Notes: generated from the letters alone by a model not told the origin. A stretch of DNA of 64,000 nt from Gammaproteobacteria bacterium (GCA_963665145.1 OY762064.1:2307154-2371153), one strand, 5' to 3'; positions 46,929-57,158 are shown, numbered from the stretch's first letter. Made by a program: numbers and translations.

Positions 46929-48239
46929 ATGCCTACTCAAGAAGAATTCGCCCGGCGACGCGCAAACCTGCTTTCGGCGCTGGGAACCGGCTGCGCTGCA
47001 GTGGTTCCGTCCAGCCCGGAAAAGCCCCGCAGCCGGGATGTCGACTACCCCTACCGGCCGGACAGCAATCTGCTTTATCTGACCGGATTTTCTGAGCCCG
47101 AGGCGGTTGCCGTACTGATTCCCGGGCGCTCCGATGGCGAGTTCGTGCTGTTCTGCCGCGAGCGCGATCCGAAACGCGAGCTGTGGGACGGAAAACGCGC
47201 CGGTCCCGAGGGGGCGATGGAGGACTACGGCGCCGACAGCGCCTATCCCGTTGCCAAGATGGATGAGGTCATGCCGAAGTTGCTCACCGGCTGCGACACC
47301 GTGCATTACGACCTCGGCAACAACCCGGCGTTCGAAGCCCGGCTGGGCCGCTGGCTCAAGAAGCTGAGGGACCGGACCAAGGAGCGCAACAAGGCTCCGG
47401 TCCAGCTTGCCGCGCTCGACTACTACCTGCACGAGATGCGCCTTTGCAAGGGGGCCGAGGAACTGGACTGCATGCGTCGTTCCGCGGTGGTGGCGGTCGA
47501 GGCCCACAAGCGGGCGATGGGGCGCACCCGTCCGGACATGTACGAGTACCAGGTCGAAGCGGAGCTGATCTACCGCTTCAAGCAGAGCGGCGGCACCGAG
47601 TCGTATCCGTCGATCGTGGCCTCGGGCGCCAATGCCTGCGTCCTGCATTACACGGAAAACACAAGCCGCATGAGCTCGGGCGACCTGTTGCTGGTGGACG
47701 CGGGCTGCGAACTGGACGGCTATGCCTCGGACATCACCCGCACCTGGCCGGTCAACGGCAGCTACTCGCCCGAGCAGCGCGCCGTCTACGAAATCGTGCT
47801 CGAAGCCCAGCGGGCGGCCATCGGCGCCATCGAGCCCGGTGTTTCGATCCTTGACCCGCACCACGCTTCAATCGACACGATTACGCGCGGTCTGCGGCGC
47901 ATCGGCCTGCTCAAGGGCAAGGTCTCCGAGTTGGTGCGCGACAAGGCGTACCACGAATTTTTCATGCACCGCACCTCGCACTGGCTGGGCATGGACGTTC
48001 ATGACGTCGGCGACTATGAGGCCGACGGAGAGCCGAGGAAGCTGGAGCCCGGCATGTGCTGCACGGTGGAGCCGGGCATTTACATATCGCCGGACAACCA
48101 GGACGTGCCGGCCTCGTTCCGCGGAATCGGCATAAGGATCGAGGACGACGTGGCGGTGACGCCGGAAGGGCACGAAGTACTGACGGCCGCGCTGCCGAAG
48201 GACCCCGACAAGATCGAAGCGCTGGTCGGGTCCGGCTGA
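46929..48239 (+). CDS. pepP: Xaa-Pro aminopeptidase (aminopeptidase P)
   Basis: VLHYTEN, LLLVDAGCELDGYASDITRTWPVNG, HWLGMDVHD, TVEPGIY, IRIEDD metal-ligand contexts. Confidence 0.9.
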   Translation: MPTQEEFARRRANLLSALGTGCAAVVPSSPEKPRSRDVDYPYRPDSNLLYLTGFSEPEAVAVLIPGRSDGEFVLFCRERDPKRELWDGKRAGPEGAMEDYGADSAYPVAKMDEVMPKLLTGCDTVHYDLGNNPAFEARLGRWLKKLRDRTKERNKAPVQLAALDYYLHEMRLCKGAEELDCMRRSAVVAVEAHKRAMGRTRPDMYEYQVEAELIYRFKQSGGTESYPSIVASGANACVLHYTENTSRMSSGDLLLVDAGCELDGYASDITRTWPVNGSYSPEQRAVYEIVLEAQRAAIGAIEPGVSILDPHHASIDTITRGLRRIGLLKGKVSELVRDKAYHEFFMHRTSHWLGMDVHDVGDYEADGEPRKLEPGMCCTVEPGIYISPDNQDVPASFRGIGIRIEDDVAVTPEGHEVLTAALPKDPDKIEALVGSG

Positions 48240-49450
48240 TGCTTGACGTCCTGGTCGCCGGGGGCGGGCTGACGGGCGCCAGTCTCGCAGCGGCCCTGGG
48301 CGCTCAGGGCCTCAAGGTGGCGGTGGTCGAGGCCGTTCCGCCCGAAAGTCCGGGGCAACCGAGCCTGGACGAGCGAACCAGCGCGATTGCCCGCACCGGT
48401 GTTCGAATCCTGAGGAAGCTGGACGTATGGCCGCGGCTGAGTGAGGCGCCCAGCCCGATCCATGCGGTAGAGATTTCCGAGCGCGGATGTTACGGAGCGG
48501 CGCGCATCGATGCGGCATCGCAGGGTCTGGACAGCCTGGGCAGCGTGGTCCGAAACCGGGTGCTGGGGCAAGCGCTTTGGGAAAAGTTGGGCGAACTTGA
48601 ATCCGTGGAACTCCACTGTCCGGCCCGGGTGCGTTCGGTGGCCGTTCAATCCGGTCATGTGCTCGCGAGCCTTGAAGGCGAGTCCGGCGGCAAGGAAAAG
48701 AAGATCAAGGCCCGGCTGCTCGCCGTGGCCGAGGGCGCCCGGTCGCCGCTGCGCGCCGAGTTCGACATCCCCGCGCAGCAGAAGGACTACTCGCAAGTTG
48801 CGGTAACCGGCCTGGTGGAGGTTCGCAAGGTCGTAAGGCCGGACACCGCCTGGGAACGATTCACCGCCCAGGGCCCACTGGCGCTTTTGCCCGCGGGCGG
48901 GAGACGCTATGGCTTCGTGATCGTGACGGGAGGCGATGGCCGGGAGCTTCTTGAAATGGACGACGCTTGCTTGCTTGCCCGGCTGCAGGAGCTCGTCGGT
49001 TATCGGACCGGGGAGTTCGTGGCGGTCGGCCGGCGCGCAAGTTACCCGCTGGCGCTGAGCCGGGCGGCGAAGGTGACGGCCCGGCGGGCCGTTCTGGTGG
49101 GGGCCGCGGCCAACAACGTTCATCCGCTGGCGGCGCAGGGGTTCAATCTTGCGCTCCGGGACAATGCCGGGCTTGGCGAAACGCTGGCCGACGGCGGCTG
49201 TCCGGGCGCCGATCCCGGCGACGAGGGCCTCCTGTCGCGCTACGCTGACTGGCGCCGCCGCGACCAGGCCAGCGTCGTTCAGTTTACCGACGGCCTCGCG
49301 CGCCTGAGCCAACATGCCTGGCTGCGCCCGCTGCGCGGTTTGGGTTTGCAGGCGTTCGACCTCGCGCCGCAGGCCAAGCCCATGCTGGCGCGCTTTGCCC
49401 TGGGGCAGGGCGGCCGCATGTCCCGCCTGGCGCGCGGACTGCCGCTGTGA
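48239..49450 (+). CDS. ubiH: 2-octaprenyl-6-methoxyphenol hydroxylase (FAD monooxygenase)
   Basis: MLDVLVAGGGLTGASLAAAL dinucleotide fold, NVHPLAAQGFNLALRD. TGATG overlap with pepP. pepP-ubiH-ubiI order. Confidence 0.85.
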   Translation: MLDVLVAGGGLTGASLAAALGAQGLKVAVVEAVPPESPGQPSLDERTSAIARTGVRILRKLDVWPRLSEAPSPIHAVEISERGCYGAARIDAASQGLDSLGSVVRNRVLGQALWEKLGELESVELHCPARVRSVAVQSGHVLASLEGESGGKEKKIKARLLAVAEGARSPLRAEFDIPAQQKDYSQVAVTGLVEVRKVVRPDTAWERFTAQGPLALLPAGGRRYGFVIVTGGDGRELLEMDDACLLARLQELVGYRTGEFVAVGRRASYPLALSRAAKVTARRAVLVGAAANNVHPLAAQGFNLALRDNAGLGETLADGGCPGADPGDEGLLSRYADWRRRDQASVVQFTDGLARLSQHAWLRPLRGLGLQAFDLAPQAKPMLARFALGQGGRMSRLARGLPL

Positions 49451-50613
49451 AACCCGATTTCCAGGCCGCGGTCGCCGGAGGGGGGACCGTCGGCCTGGTC
49501 TGCGCGCTTCTGATGAACCGCCGCTGCGGCTGGGACGTGGCGCTGGTCGAGCGCTCGGCGCCTGGGAAAGGCGAGAGTAAAGGGCCGCAACGCGCCCTGA
49601 CCCTTTCACCCGGCGCCCACGCGGTGTTGTCCGAGTGCGGCGTATGGGGCGACGGGGAAGGCGAGTGCCACTCCTTTTCCCGCATGGTCGTATGGCGGGG
49701 CGAAGGAGCTCCCACACCCGAAAACGCCATCATCTTCGATGCCGCCGAACAGGGCGTGGCTGCGCTCGGTCACGTCGCGCGCGAAGCCCCGTTGCGACGC
49801 GCGCTCTGGCTCCTGGCGGAAGAATGCCGGGGAATACGCGTTCACTCCGGAGCATCGCTGGCGGCCGTACAGATTGAAGAGGAATGCGGAAAGCTGGGGC
49901 TGGAAGACAATGGTGAAATCACCGCGGAGCTGCTGGTCGGCGCGGACGGGGCGCGATCGAAGTTCCGCGAGGCCCTGGGCATTCAATTTGAATCGCAGGG
50001 TTACGGTCAGACCGGGCTGGTATGCGAAGTGGAGTGCAGCGAAGCGGGCGGCGACACGGCATGGCAACGGTTCGTGGAGGGCAGCACGCTGGCGCTTCTG
50101 CCGCTGGAGGAAAGTCGGTTCAGCATCGTCTGGAGCCTTCCGGATGCGCAGGCGGAGCGTTTGCAACAGCTGGACGACACGGGCTTTGCCGCCGCCCTGA
50201 ACGAAGCCTCCGCTTCGGTCGCGGGCGATCTGTCTCCCGTTACGCCGATTGCCTCGTTTCCGCTGCGCCGCGGTCTTGCCGCGAGCACCTCCGGCGAGCG
50301 CTACGCGCTGGTGGGGGAGGCGGCGCGAATGGTGCATCCCCTGGCCGGACAGGGATTGAACCTGGGGCTTGGCGACGCACAAGCCCTTGCCCGCGTGTGC
50401 CGAGAGCAGGACGATGCTGTGATCGGCGACGCCCGCGTGCTGGGCCGGTTCGCGCGCGAGCGGGCACGTTACGGACAGGAAATGTCATTCGGGATTCACG
50501 TTATTGACGCGGCCTTCGCCGGCCCGGCGGCGTCAATGGCCGCGCGTGCGCTCGGGGCCGTGAACCAGATTCCGCCGCTCAAGCGCTGGCTGGCGGCGCG
50601 CGCCATGCGCTAG
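49447..50613 (+). CDS. ubiI: UbiH/UbiF/VisC/COQ6-family FAD monooxygenase (UbiI-like)
   Basis: AVAGGGTVGLVCALLM, MVHPLAGQGLNLGLGD. GTG start overlaps the ubiH stop. Confidence 0.75.
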   Translation: MKPDFQAAVAGGGTVGLVCALLMNRRCGWDVALVERSAPGKGESKGPQRALTLSPGAHAVLSECGVWGDGEGECHSFSRMVVWRGEGAPTPENAIIFDAAEQGVAALGHVAREAPLRRALWLLAEECRGIRVHSGASLAAVQIEEECGKLGLEDNGEITAELLVGADGARSKFREALGIQFESQGYGQTGLVCEVECSEAGGDTAWQRFVEGSTLALLPLEESRFSIVWSLPDAQAERLQQLDDTGFAAALNEASASVAGDLSPVTPIASFPLRRGLAASTSGERYALVGEAARMVHPLAGQGLNLGLGDAQALARVCREQDDAVIGDARVLGRFARERARYGQEMSFGIHVIDAAFAGPAASMAARALGAVNQIPPLKRWLAARAMR

Positions 50614-50622
50614 GGGTTGCGG

Positions 50623-53451
50623 TCAGTCAGTCAGGCTGGCGCGTTCCCATGTTTCGTCATTGAAGTGCAGCCGCGAACTCGGCCAATAGCCGGGGTCCAG
50701 CTTGATCGTTGCGATCCTCGTGGCGCCGGTCGAAACAATTCCCTCTACCCGCATGATTCTCTCGTCTCCCGCAAGCCGCAGCATTTCCGCGAAGTCATCC
50801 AGACTGCGGGTGGGTTGGCCGTTTACGCTCGTGATCTGCAGGAACCGGATCGGCAGCAGGTAGCGGTGCGCCGGTGAACCAAAGGTGTAGTGCTGGATGG
50901 TTACGCCCCGAGGCTCGATGGCCATCTGGGCCGCCATTCCGCGCGGCGGGTTCTGCAGCAGCGCGCCGCCCCAGAACAACACTTCGCGCAATCCCTGCCA
51001 GCCGAGTTCTACGGTGTCGAAGGTCAATTCGACCTCCTGGTTGTCGCGCCAGACCTGCACCATCGCCTCGAGGCTGCCCGCAACGGCGCGCTCGACGTCC
51101 TGCGGACGAGTGGCCAGCTTGCCGTTGATGGAAAGCAGGAGGTCACCGGGGCGCATTTCCGTGGCGCCCGGAGTGCCCGCCACCGTTCGCGATACCGTGA
51201 GCAATTGACGCCGCTCCTTGTCGTGCTCTTCCACCCGCTCGCGCCAGCTTTCGGGCAAGCCCCGGCGCAGGGCGACCGAAAGCGGCGTGCGTTGCCACTG
51301 CACCTCGATTGAACGCCAGGGAACCTCGCGCCGGAGGTGGTCGAGCATGATCTCCACATGTTCGATCGGAAGTCCGCCGACGATTTCGCTGGCGCGGTTT
51401 CCCGACCCGGTGGCGAAGCTGCTCCACAGTGCGCTTACCCGTCCCCGCGAGTCGAGCAATACGCCGGAAATCTGCTCATCGGCATTGTCGATCTCCAGAA
51501 TCTCGAGATTCGATTCACGGAAGGGGCCGAAGTTCGCGGGCGGCAGATTGATCGGATTGAGGTCACCCGCCTCGTAAGAGCGGATCACCGGTTCCAGGTC
51601 CGGGCGAAAGCCGGCCAGGTAGATTTCTTCGCCGGTTCGAGGCGGCCGGGGCGCGAACGAGGCGGCGCGCAGCGGCGTATCGCCCAGCAGGGCGGGGTCG
51701 TAGCGGAGCAGCGCCAGGTTATGCACCGGGTGGATATAGGCCACTTCGGCGGTGACCTCCAGCGTGCCGTTGAAGGTCAGCACCGCATCGCCGACGGTTT
51801 CGGGCACCGTGTTCCTGTCCACGACAACCCAGCCCCGCTCCGTGTCCACGATCAGCCCGGCGCCGTAGTAATGCTGCCCGTTTACCGCGGATACGACGTA
51901 CGGCATGTCGAAGCGCACGTGCACCAGCGAAGGCGCGATGCGGCGCAGCCGCGTATCGTCGAATGCCCGTGGCTGGGTCATGCGCACTTCGTCCTGATCG
52001 CCCGGCCGGGCCGCGGCCAGCGCCCGGCAGGACCACACTTCGTCGCCGGCCACCGGTTTGCAGCGCTCCGCCGCAAACCAGCGCCTGCCGGTCCTGGCGC
52101 TGCGCAGCTGGGTGGCCCGCGGGTTGCGCGGAGTGCTGTAACGGAACTGGGCGACGTCGTCGTGGCCGAGTACCGCCAGCGCATTCTCGACGTCATCCAG
52201 GGTCTCCAGGGGCGCGCCGTTGATCTCTCTCAGGATCGCGCCGTTGGGTATGGAGGCCAGTCCCAGCATGTAGCCGGGCTGTGCAACGTAGATGGCATTG
52301 AGCGGCACGTTGAAGTGCCGGGCCTGCTGGTAGGAAATCGGGTGCAGGTAGGTTCCGCCGAAGGAGACGTACTCGGCGGGCGTGACCTTGTGCAGGTCGG
52401 CCACTTCGATGGCGACTTCGACAATCCCGCCCTGGCGCTCTATCAGCAGCGAAACGGTCTGTCCGACGCTCTCGTCGAGAACACTTTCCATGCGCACGAA
52501 ATCCGGGAAGTCTTCATCCTTGACGCGCAAAAGGATGTCGCCCGGCGTCAGTTCGGATGCCGCCGGCGAGCCCTTGAGCATGGAGCGCACCACCAGCAGA
52601 CCGGCGCTCTCCGGGTAAGAGGCGCGCGCATCGGCTTCGGACTCTTCTCCAAGTCCCAGCCGGCGCAATTCGTCATACGGCAGTTGCTCGAATGTCGTAA
52701 GCAGTCCGCCGCGTGGAACCGGCTGGTCCTGGAGCACGAGGTCCAGCGCTCGCCGGACGCGGTCCAGCGGCAGGAAATAGCTGGTTGCGGCGCGAACCTG
52801 GGCGCCGGCGTTCAGCGCAACGGCGCGGCCGTGGATATCGATAACCGGGCTGCCGGATGAACCGCCGGAAGTACTGGAAGCCGCCTGGATATAGAAGGTG
52901 TTGAAGTCGTTGTAGCGTCCAAAACCGTAATTGGGCGCCGTGCGGTCCAGCCGCGCGATGGTGCCGGCAAGTATCGAGAACCGTTCGCCCGCGTCGTTGC
53001 CCACCACGCGTATCTCCCGCCCCAGTTGCGCGGCCTGGGGCGCCAGTGGCAGGCCTTCGGGGGAAATATGCCGAAGGCTGGCCGGGTCGTAGCGCAGGAA
53101 ACCGAAATCATGCACGGGGTCCGCGTAGACCCGCTCCAGTTCGATTTCTTCCTGGTTCGCGAACAGGGCCTCGCCGCGGATCGGGCCGGTCGACACGATG
53201 TGGCGGTTGGTCAGGATGATGCCCCGCTCGGCATCCACCACGAAGCCGGTGCCGTCAAGCAGCGTATTGGATTCGGTATCGAAAGGGCGGGTCTTGTTGA
53301 TCCTCAGGGACACCACCGAAGGGCGGATCTTCTCCAGGGTTTCCCGCCAGGCAGCTTCGTTGTCCTGGGCCTGAAGGCTAAGGCTGAGCAGCGCCAGCGC
53401 CGCTGCGGTCAAGGTCGATCTCATAGCCATAGTTCTCTTTGAATGTTTCAT
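50623..53451 (-). CDS. secreted Nma111-like double-domain trypsin-fold/PDZ serine protease
   Basis: Signal peptide. First protease domain has GTGFVVDAERGIILTNRHIV and TSGGSSGSPVIDIHG. The second half repeats the fold (GAGLIVDTERGWVVVDRNTV ... SGVLLDSRGRV) without His/Ser. PDZ-like segments lie between. Confidence 0.8.
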   Translation of the reverse strand: MKHSKRTMAMRSTLTAAALALLSLSLQAQDNEAAWRETLEKIRPSVVSLRINKTRPFDTESNTLLDGTGFVVDAERGIILTNRHIVSTGPIRGEALFANQEEIELERVYADPVHDFGFLRYDPASLRHISPEGLPLAPQAAQLGREIRVVGNDAGERFSILAGTIARLDRTAPNYGFGRYNDFNTFYIQAASSTSGGSSGSPVIDIHGRAVALNAGAQVRAATSYFLPLDRVRRALDLVLQDQPVPRGGLLTTFEQLPYDELRRLGLGEESEADARASYPESAGLLVVRSMLKGSPAASELTPGDILLRVKDEDFPDFVRMESVLDESVGQTVSLLIERQGGIVEVAIEVADLHKVTPAEYVSFGGTYLHPISYQQARHFNVPLNAIYVAQPGYMLGLASIPNGAILREINGAPLETLDDVENALAVLGHDDVAQFRYSTPRNPRATQLRSARTGRRWFAAERCKPVAGDEVWSCRALAAARPGDQDEVRMTQPRAFDDTRLRRIAPSLVHVRFDMPYVVSAVNGQHYYGAGLIVDTERGWVVVDRNTVPETVGDAVLTFNGTLEVTAEVAYIHPVHNLALLRYDPALLGDTPLRAASFAPRPPRTGEEIYLAGFRPDLEPVIRSYEAGDLNPINLPPANFGPFRESNLEILEIDNADEQISGVLLDSRGRVSALWSSFATGSGNRASEIVGGLPIEHVEIMLDHLRREVPWRSIEVQWQRTPLSVALRRGLPESWRERVEEHDKERRQLLTVSRTVAGTPGATEMRPGDLLLSINGKLATRPQDVERAVAGSLEAMVQVWRDNQEVELTFDTVELGWQGLREVLFWGGALLQNPPRGMAAQMAIEPRGVTIQHYTFGSPAHRYLLPIRFLQITSVNGQPTRSLDDFAEMLRLAGDERIMRVEGIVSTGATRIATIKLDPGYWPSSRLHFNDETWERASLTD

Positions 53452-54379
53452 GCAATGTCTGTCTGTCGAAATGATGATTCTGGGTGCCTGCACTGCCTAC
53501 CTTGATGGCGCCGAGCAGGGCGGCAAGCCTGCCTGTGTCAGCCCAATTCCAACCCCTAACCATACCGTAAACGAGACCGGCGCGGTACGCATCGCCGCAG
53601 CCCGTGGGGTCTGCGATTTTTTGCGCTTTCGCGGGGGGAATGCGTTCGCAATTCTCCGAATGGTAAATGCGCGAACCTTCGGCGCCCTCAGTCACGATGA
53701 ATGCCTGCGTTTCCCGGCAGATGCGCTTCTCGTTCCAGCCCGTCTTGCGCATCAGCATTTCCGCTTCGTAACTGTTCACCGCAACCCAGTTCGCCATGCG
53801 GATGAACTCGCGCAATTCCTTGCCGCTGAACTTGGGCATGCCCTGGCCGGGATCAAAAAGAAACGGCATGCCTTGCTGGTGCATCTGCAAGGCGTGCTCC
53901 AGCATGGCCTGCCGTCCGTCCGGAGAAATCAGCCCCAGCGTCGCACCGGTATCGCCGGGCAAACGGCGCCCGTGCGCGTGATCCATGGCGCCGGGGTGAA
54001 AGGCGGTGATCTGGTTGTCGTCCAGGTCGGTGATGATGTAGGCCTGAGCCGTGAGTTGGTCAGGCAGTTCGCTGATCAGGGCAGTATCCATGCCCAGCTG
54101 CTCCATGCGCGAGCGGTAAGGCGCGAAGTCGCTGCCGGCGCTGGCCAGCATCAGCGGCCGGTCGCCCAGCAGCGCCAGGTTGTAGGCGATGTTTCCGGCG
54201 CAGCCGCCGAACTCGCGCCTCAAGTCGGGAACATCGAACGCGACGTTGAGGATGTGTACCTTGTCGGGCAGGATGTGCTCGCCGAATCGGCCCTTGAACA
54301 GCATGATGTTGTCATAGGCGAGCGAGCCGCAAACGACGGTCGTGTGGGCTGCCTGCGAATGCACGGCGCCCGTTTTCAT
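53378..54379 (-). CDS. PfkB-family carbohydrate/adenosine kinase
   Basis: VVCGSLAYDNIM, FGGCAGNIAYNLALLG, DPTGCGDAYRAGLVYG (ATP/anion-hole motif). Its 3' end overlaps the protease start region. Confidence 0.8.
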   Translation of the reverse strand: MKTGAVHSQAAHTTVVCGSLAYDNIMLFKGRFGEHILPDKVHILNVAFDVPDLRREFGGCAGNIAYNLALLGDRPLMLASAGSDFAPYRSRMEQLGMDTALISELPDQLTAQAYIITDLDDNQITAFHPGAMDHAHGRRLPGDTGATLGLISPDGRQAMLEHALQMHQQGMPFLFDPGQGMPKFSGKELREFIRMANWVAVNSYEAEMLMRKTGWNEKRICRETQAFIVTEGAEGSRIYHSENCERIPPAKAQKIADPTGCGDAYRAGLVYGMVRGWNWADTGRLAALLGAIKVGSAGTQNHHFDRQTLHETFKENYGYEIDLDRSGAGAAQP

Positions 54380-54408
54380 TTTAGACCTGCCCCGGGTGTC
54401 GGCGGGGG

Positions 54409-55200
54409 TCAGGAACCGCTCAAGGAGGCGAAATCCGCGGCGAAGTCCGCCTGCGGTTCCCCGTCCTCGGCGTGAACCTCAAAAACCTTGTTCCGGGCCG
54501 CTTCGTGACTCAGTGCGGAAACGCAGACCCGCGCCACGTCGGCCCGGGTGATCCAGATTCCCTCGGAACGACTGTCGCCCTGCTCGAACACGATCGTCTG
54601 GGTGCCGCCGGGCTCGTCGCTCAAGCCCCCGGGGCGCACGATCGTGTACGGGACACCACTGGCGGCGACCGCTTCCTCGCCCCGGAGCTTCCAGGTCAGC
54701 ACGTTGTTGAACATCTGGTTCAGGTAATGGTCTTCATCCGTGACGCCGCGTGAGGACACCAGCACGTACTGGCCCACTCCGGCTGCGGAGGCTGCCTCGG
54801 CAAGGTTTCGGGCGCCCTCGTAGTCGACCTTCTCCGGCGTGTTGTCCTCGCCGCCGCCAACTCCGGCTCCCGCCGTGTTGATGATCGCCCCCACGCCATC
54901 CAGGGCCGCCGCGATGCTGTCGGGGTCCTTCAGGTCGCCGGCGACCGCCTCGACATCGGTTCCCAGCCGCTCAGCCGCCTTGGCCGTATTCCGCACGAAC
55001 GCGCGGACCGTGTAGCCCTGTTTCTGCAGCTCCGCGACCACCAGGGATCCGGTTCCGCCGGTAGCGCCCGCCACCAGGACCAGGGGCTTTGACTGCTCCT
55101 GGGGAGCGGCCTCTTCAACCGGGGCCTCGCTGCCTTGTTCGCAAGCGGAAGTAATCAACGAGGCGGCTGCAAGCAGGCCGATCATTCTCAATGGGCGCAT
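54409..55200 (-). CDS. lipoprotein-signal NAD(P)H-binding (atypical SDR, NmrA-like) protein, paralog A
   Basis: MRPLRMIGLLAAASLITSAC lipobox. VLVAGATGGTGSLVV Rossmann motif. YVLVSS, TIVRPGGL. Confidence 0.75.
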   Translation of the reverse strand: MRPLRMIGLLAAASLITSACEQGSEAPVEEAAPQEQSKPLVLVAGATGGTGSLVVAELQKQGYTVRAFVRNTAKAAERLGTDVEAVAGDLKDPDSIAAALDGVGAIINTAGAGVGGGEDNTPEKVDYEGARNLAEAASAAGVGQYVLVSSRGVTDEDHYLNQMFNNVLTWKLRGEEAVAASGVPYTIVRPGGLSDEPGGTQTIVFEQGDSRSEGIWITRADVARVCVSALSHEAARNKVFEVHAEDGEPQADFAADFASLSGS

Positions 55201-55266
55201 AGGGTTTCTCCCCGGGACGTCAGGCGGCGTATCTTACCAATGTTGGCTCGCGCGGCAGCGCCGGAC

Positions 55267-56058
55267 TCAGGAGCCGGCAAGCGCGGCAAACTCCGCGGCG
55301 AAGTCCGTCTCGGCCTCGACGCCTGCCCCGTGGATTTCGAACACCTTGTTGCGGGCGTCGTCGTGCTCCAGGGCGGCCACGCAGACGCGCGCGACATCGG
55401 TGCGGCTGATGATTCTCCCCTGCTCGGACTTGTCGCCCTGGTCAAAGGCGATCTTCTGAATTCCGCCGGGCTCGTCGTTCAGGCCACCCGGACGAACGAT
55501 CGTATAGGCCACGCCACTGGCCGTGACCGCTTCCTCGCCCTTGCGCTTCCACACCAGGATGTTGTTGAACATGCGGTTGAGAGCGTGATCGTCGTGGGTG
55601 ACTCCCTGCGATGACACCAGGACATGCTGGTCCACGCCGGCCGCCGCTGCGGCCTCGGCAAGGTTCCGGGCGCCTTCAAAATCGACATGTTCCGGCATAT
55701 TGTCGTCCGCTGCGGGGACGCCGGAACCCGCCGCGTTGATGATCGCGCCGACCCCATCCAGCGCGGCGGCGATGCTGGCCGGGTCCCTGAGGTCGCCGAC
55801 CGCGACCTCGACTTCGGGCCCCAGCCGCTCGGCGGCCTTGGCTGCGTTGCGAACGAAGGCGCGAACGGGGAATCCGCTGGCCTGCAATTCGGCCACCACC
55901 CTGGATCCCGTCTTGCCCGTGGCGCCCGCCACCAGTACCAGCGGCCTGGAGTTCGACGCCGGCGCGGCCGTGTCGTCGGAGGCTTCACCGGTCTGGCTGA
56001 AACCGGCGGCCAGCGCCGCGGTGGCGAAAAGGGTTGCGAGGGTCTTGAGTGCTTGCAC
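55267..56058 (-). CDS. signal-peptide NAD(P)H-binding (atypical SDR, NmrA-like) protein, paralog B
   Basis: MQALKTLATLFATAALAAG signal-like N-terminus. VLVAGATGKTGSRVV. Colinear with paralog A over the full 263 aa. Confidence 0.75.
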   Translation of the reverse strand: MQALKTLATLFATAALAAGFSQTGEASDDTAAPASNSRPLVLVAGATGKTGSRVVAELQASGFPVRAFVRNAAKAAERLGPEVEVAVGDLRDPASIAAALDGVGAIINAAGSGVPAADDNMPEHVDFEGARNLAEAAAAAGVDQHVLVSSQGVTHDDHALNRMFNNILVWKRKGEEAVTASGVAYTIVRPGGLNDEPGGIQKIAFDQGDKSEQGRIISRTDVARVCVAALEHDDARNKVFEIHGAGVEAETDFAAEFAALAGS

Positions 56059-56123
56059 GGAGCGTCTCCAGGAATGATGAGGCGCAGTATCTTACCTTCG
56101 CCTTTGCGGCGGTGCGGGAGGCA

Positions 56124-57146
56124 CTAGCCGCCGAGTGAACGCAGGCCGACCGCTGCCCGGATTTTCTGCATCAGCGGTTCGCTGACCTGGCGCGCCCGCT
56201 CCGCTCCACGGCGCAGTTCGGCCTCGACGTCGCCGGGGTTGGCGAGCAGCCGCTCGTATTCGGCACGCCCCGGCGCCAGAAGCGCGTCCAGGTACTCGAA
56301 CAATTCGTTCTTCATTTCCGCCCAGCCGATGCCGGCGGCGTAGCGTTCGCGCATTGCCGCGGTCTCCTCGTTGCCGGCTACCGAGCGGTACATGTCGAAC
56401 AGAACGCTTTCATCCGGGTCCTTGGGTTCGCCCGGCGTCTGCGAGTTGGTCTTGACCCGCATGATGAGTTTGCGCAGTCGTTTTGCCGGGCAGTAGAGCG
56501 GGATGATGTTGCCGTAGCTCTTGGACATCTTGCGGCCGTCGGGACCCAGCAAGACCGCGCGGTGTTCGTCGATGTCGGCCTCGGGCACCGTCAGCAGCGC
56601 TCCGTAGTGGTGGTTGAACCGTTGGGCGATGTCGCGCGCCATTTCCACGTGTTGCCGCTGGTCCTTGCCTACCGGGACCCGGTCGGCATTGAACATCAGG
56701 ATGTCGGCGGCCATCAATATGGGGTAGCAGAACAGGCCCATCGTGATGCCGCGATCCGGGTCCGCCGCTTCCGCGTTACGGTTGGCGTCGACGGCGGCCT
56801 TGTAGGCATGCGAACGGTTCATCAGGCCCTTGGCGGTGAGCGTGGTGAGCACCCAGGTGAGTTCGGGGATTTCGGGAATGTCCGACTGCCGGTAGAACAC
56901 CGCCCGTTCCGTATCCAGGCCTGCCGCCAGCCATGCCGCGGCCACTTCCAGGCTGGAGCGCGCCACTTCCTGCGGGCTCCGGTTCTTGACCAGCGCATGC
57001 AGGTCGGCCAGGAAAAAGAAGCTGCCGCCGGCGGATGCGCTGCGGCTGGCCGTTACCGCCGGGCGAATCGCTCCCACGTAGTTGCCCAGGTGCGGCGTGC
57101 CGGTGGTGGTGATCCCGGTCAATGTGATGAGTGTCTTGTCGTTCAT
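56124..57146 (-). CDS. trpS: tryptophan--tRNA ligase
   Basis: TGITTTGTPHLGNYVGAI (HIGH-type) and KMSKSYGN (KMSKS). 340 aa. Confidence 0.92.
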   Translation of the reverse strand: MNDKTLITLTGITTTGTPHLGNYVGAIRPAVTASRSASAGGSFFFLADLHALVKNRSPQEVARSSLEVAAAWLAAGLDTERAVFYRQSDIPEIPELTWVLTTLTAKGLMNRSHAYKAAVDANRNAEAADPDRGITMGLFCYPILMAADILMFNADRVPVGKDQRQHVEMARDIAQRFNHHYGALLTVPEADIDEHRAVLLGPDGRKMSKSYGNIIPLYCPAKRLRKLIMRVKTNSQTPGEPKDPDESVLFDMYRSVAGNEETAAMRERYAAGIGWAEMKNELFEYLDALLAPGRAEYERLLANPGDVEAELRRGAERARQVSEPLMQKIRAAVGLRSLGG

Positions 57147-57158
57147 GATCGAAATGGA

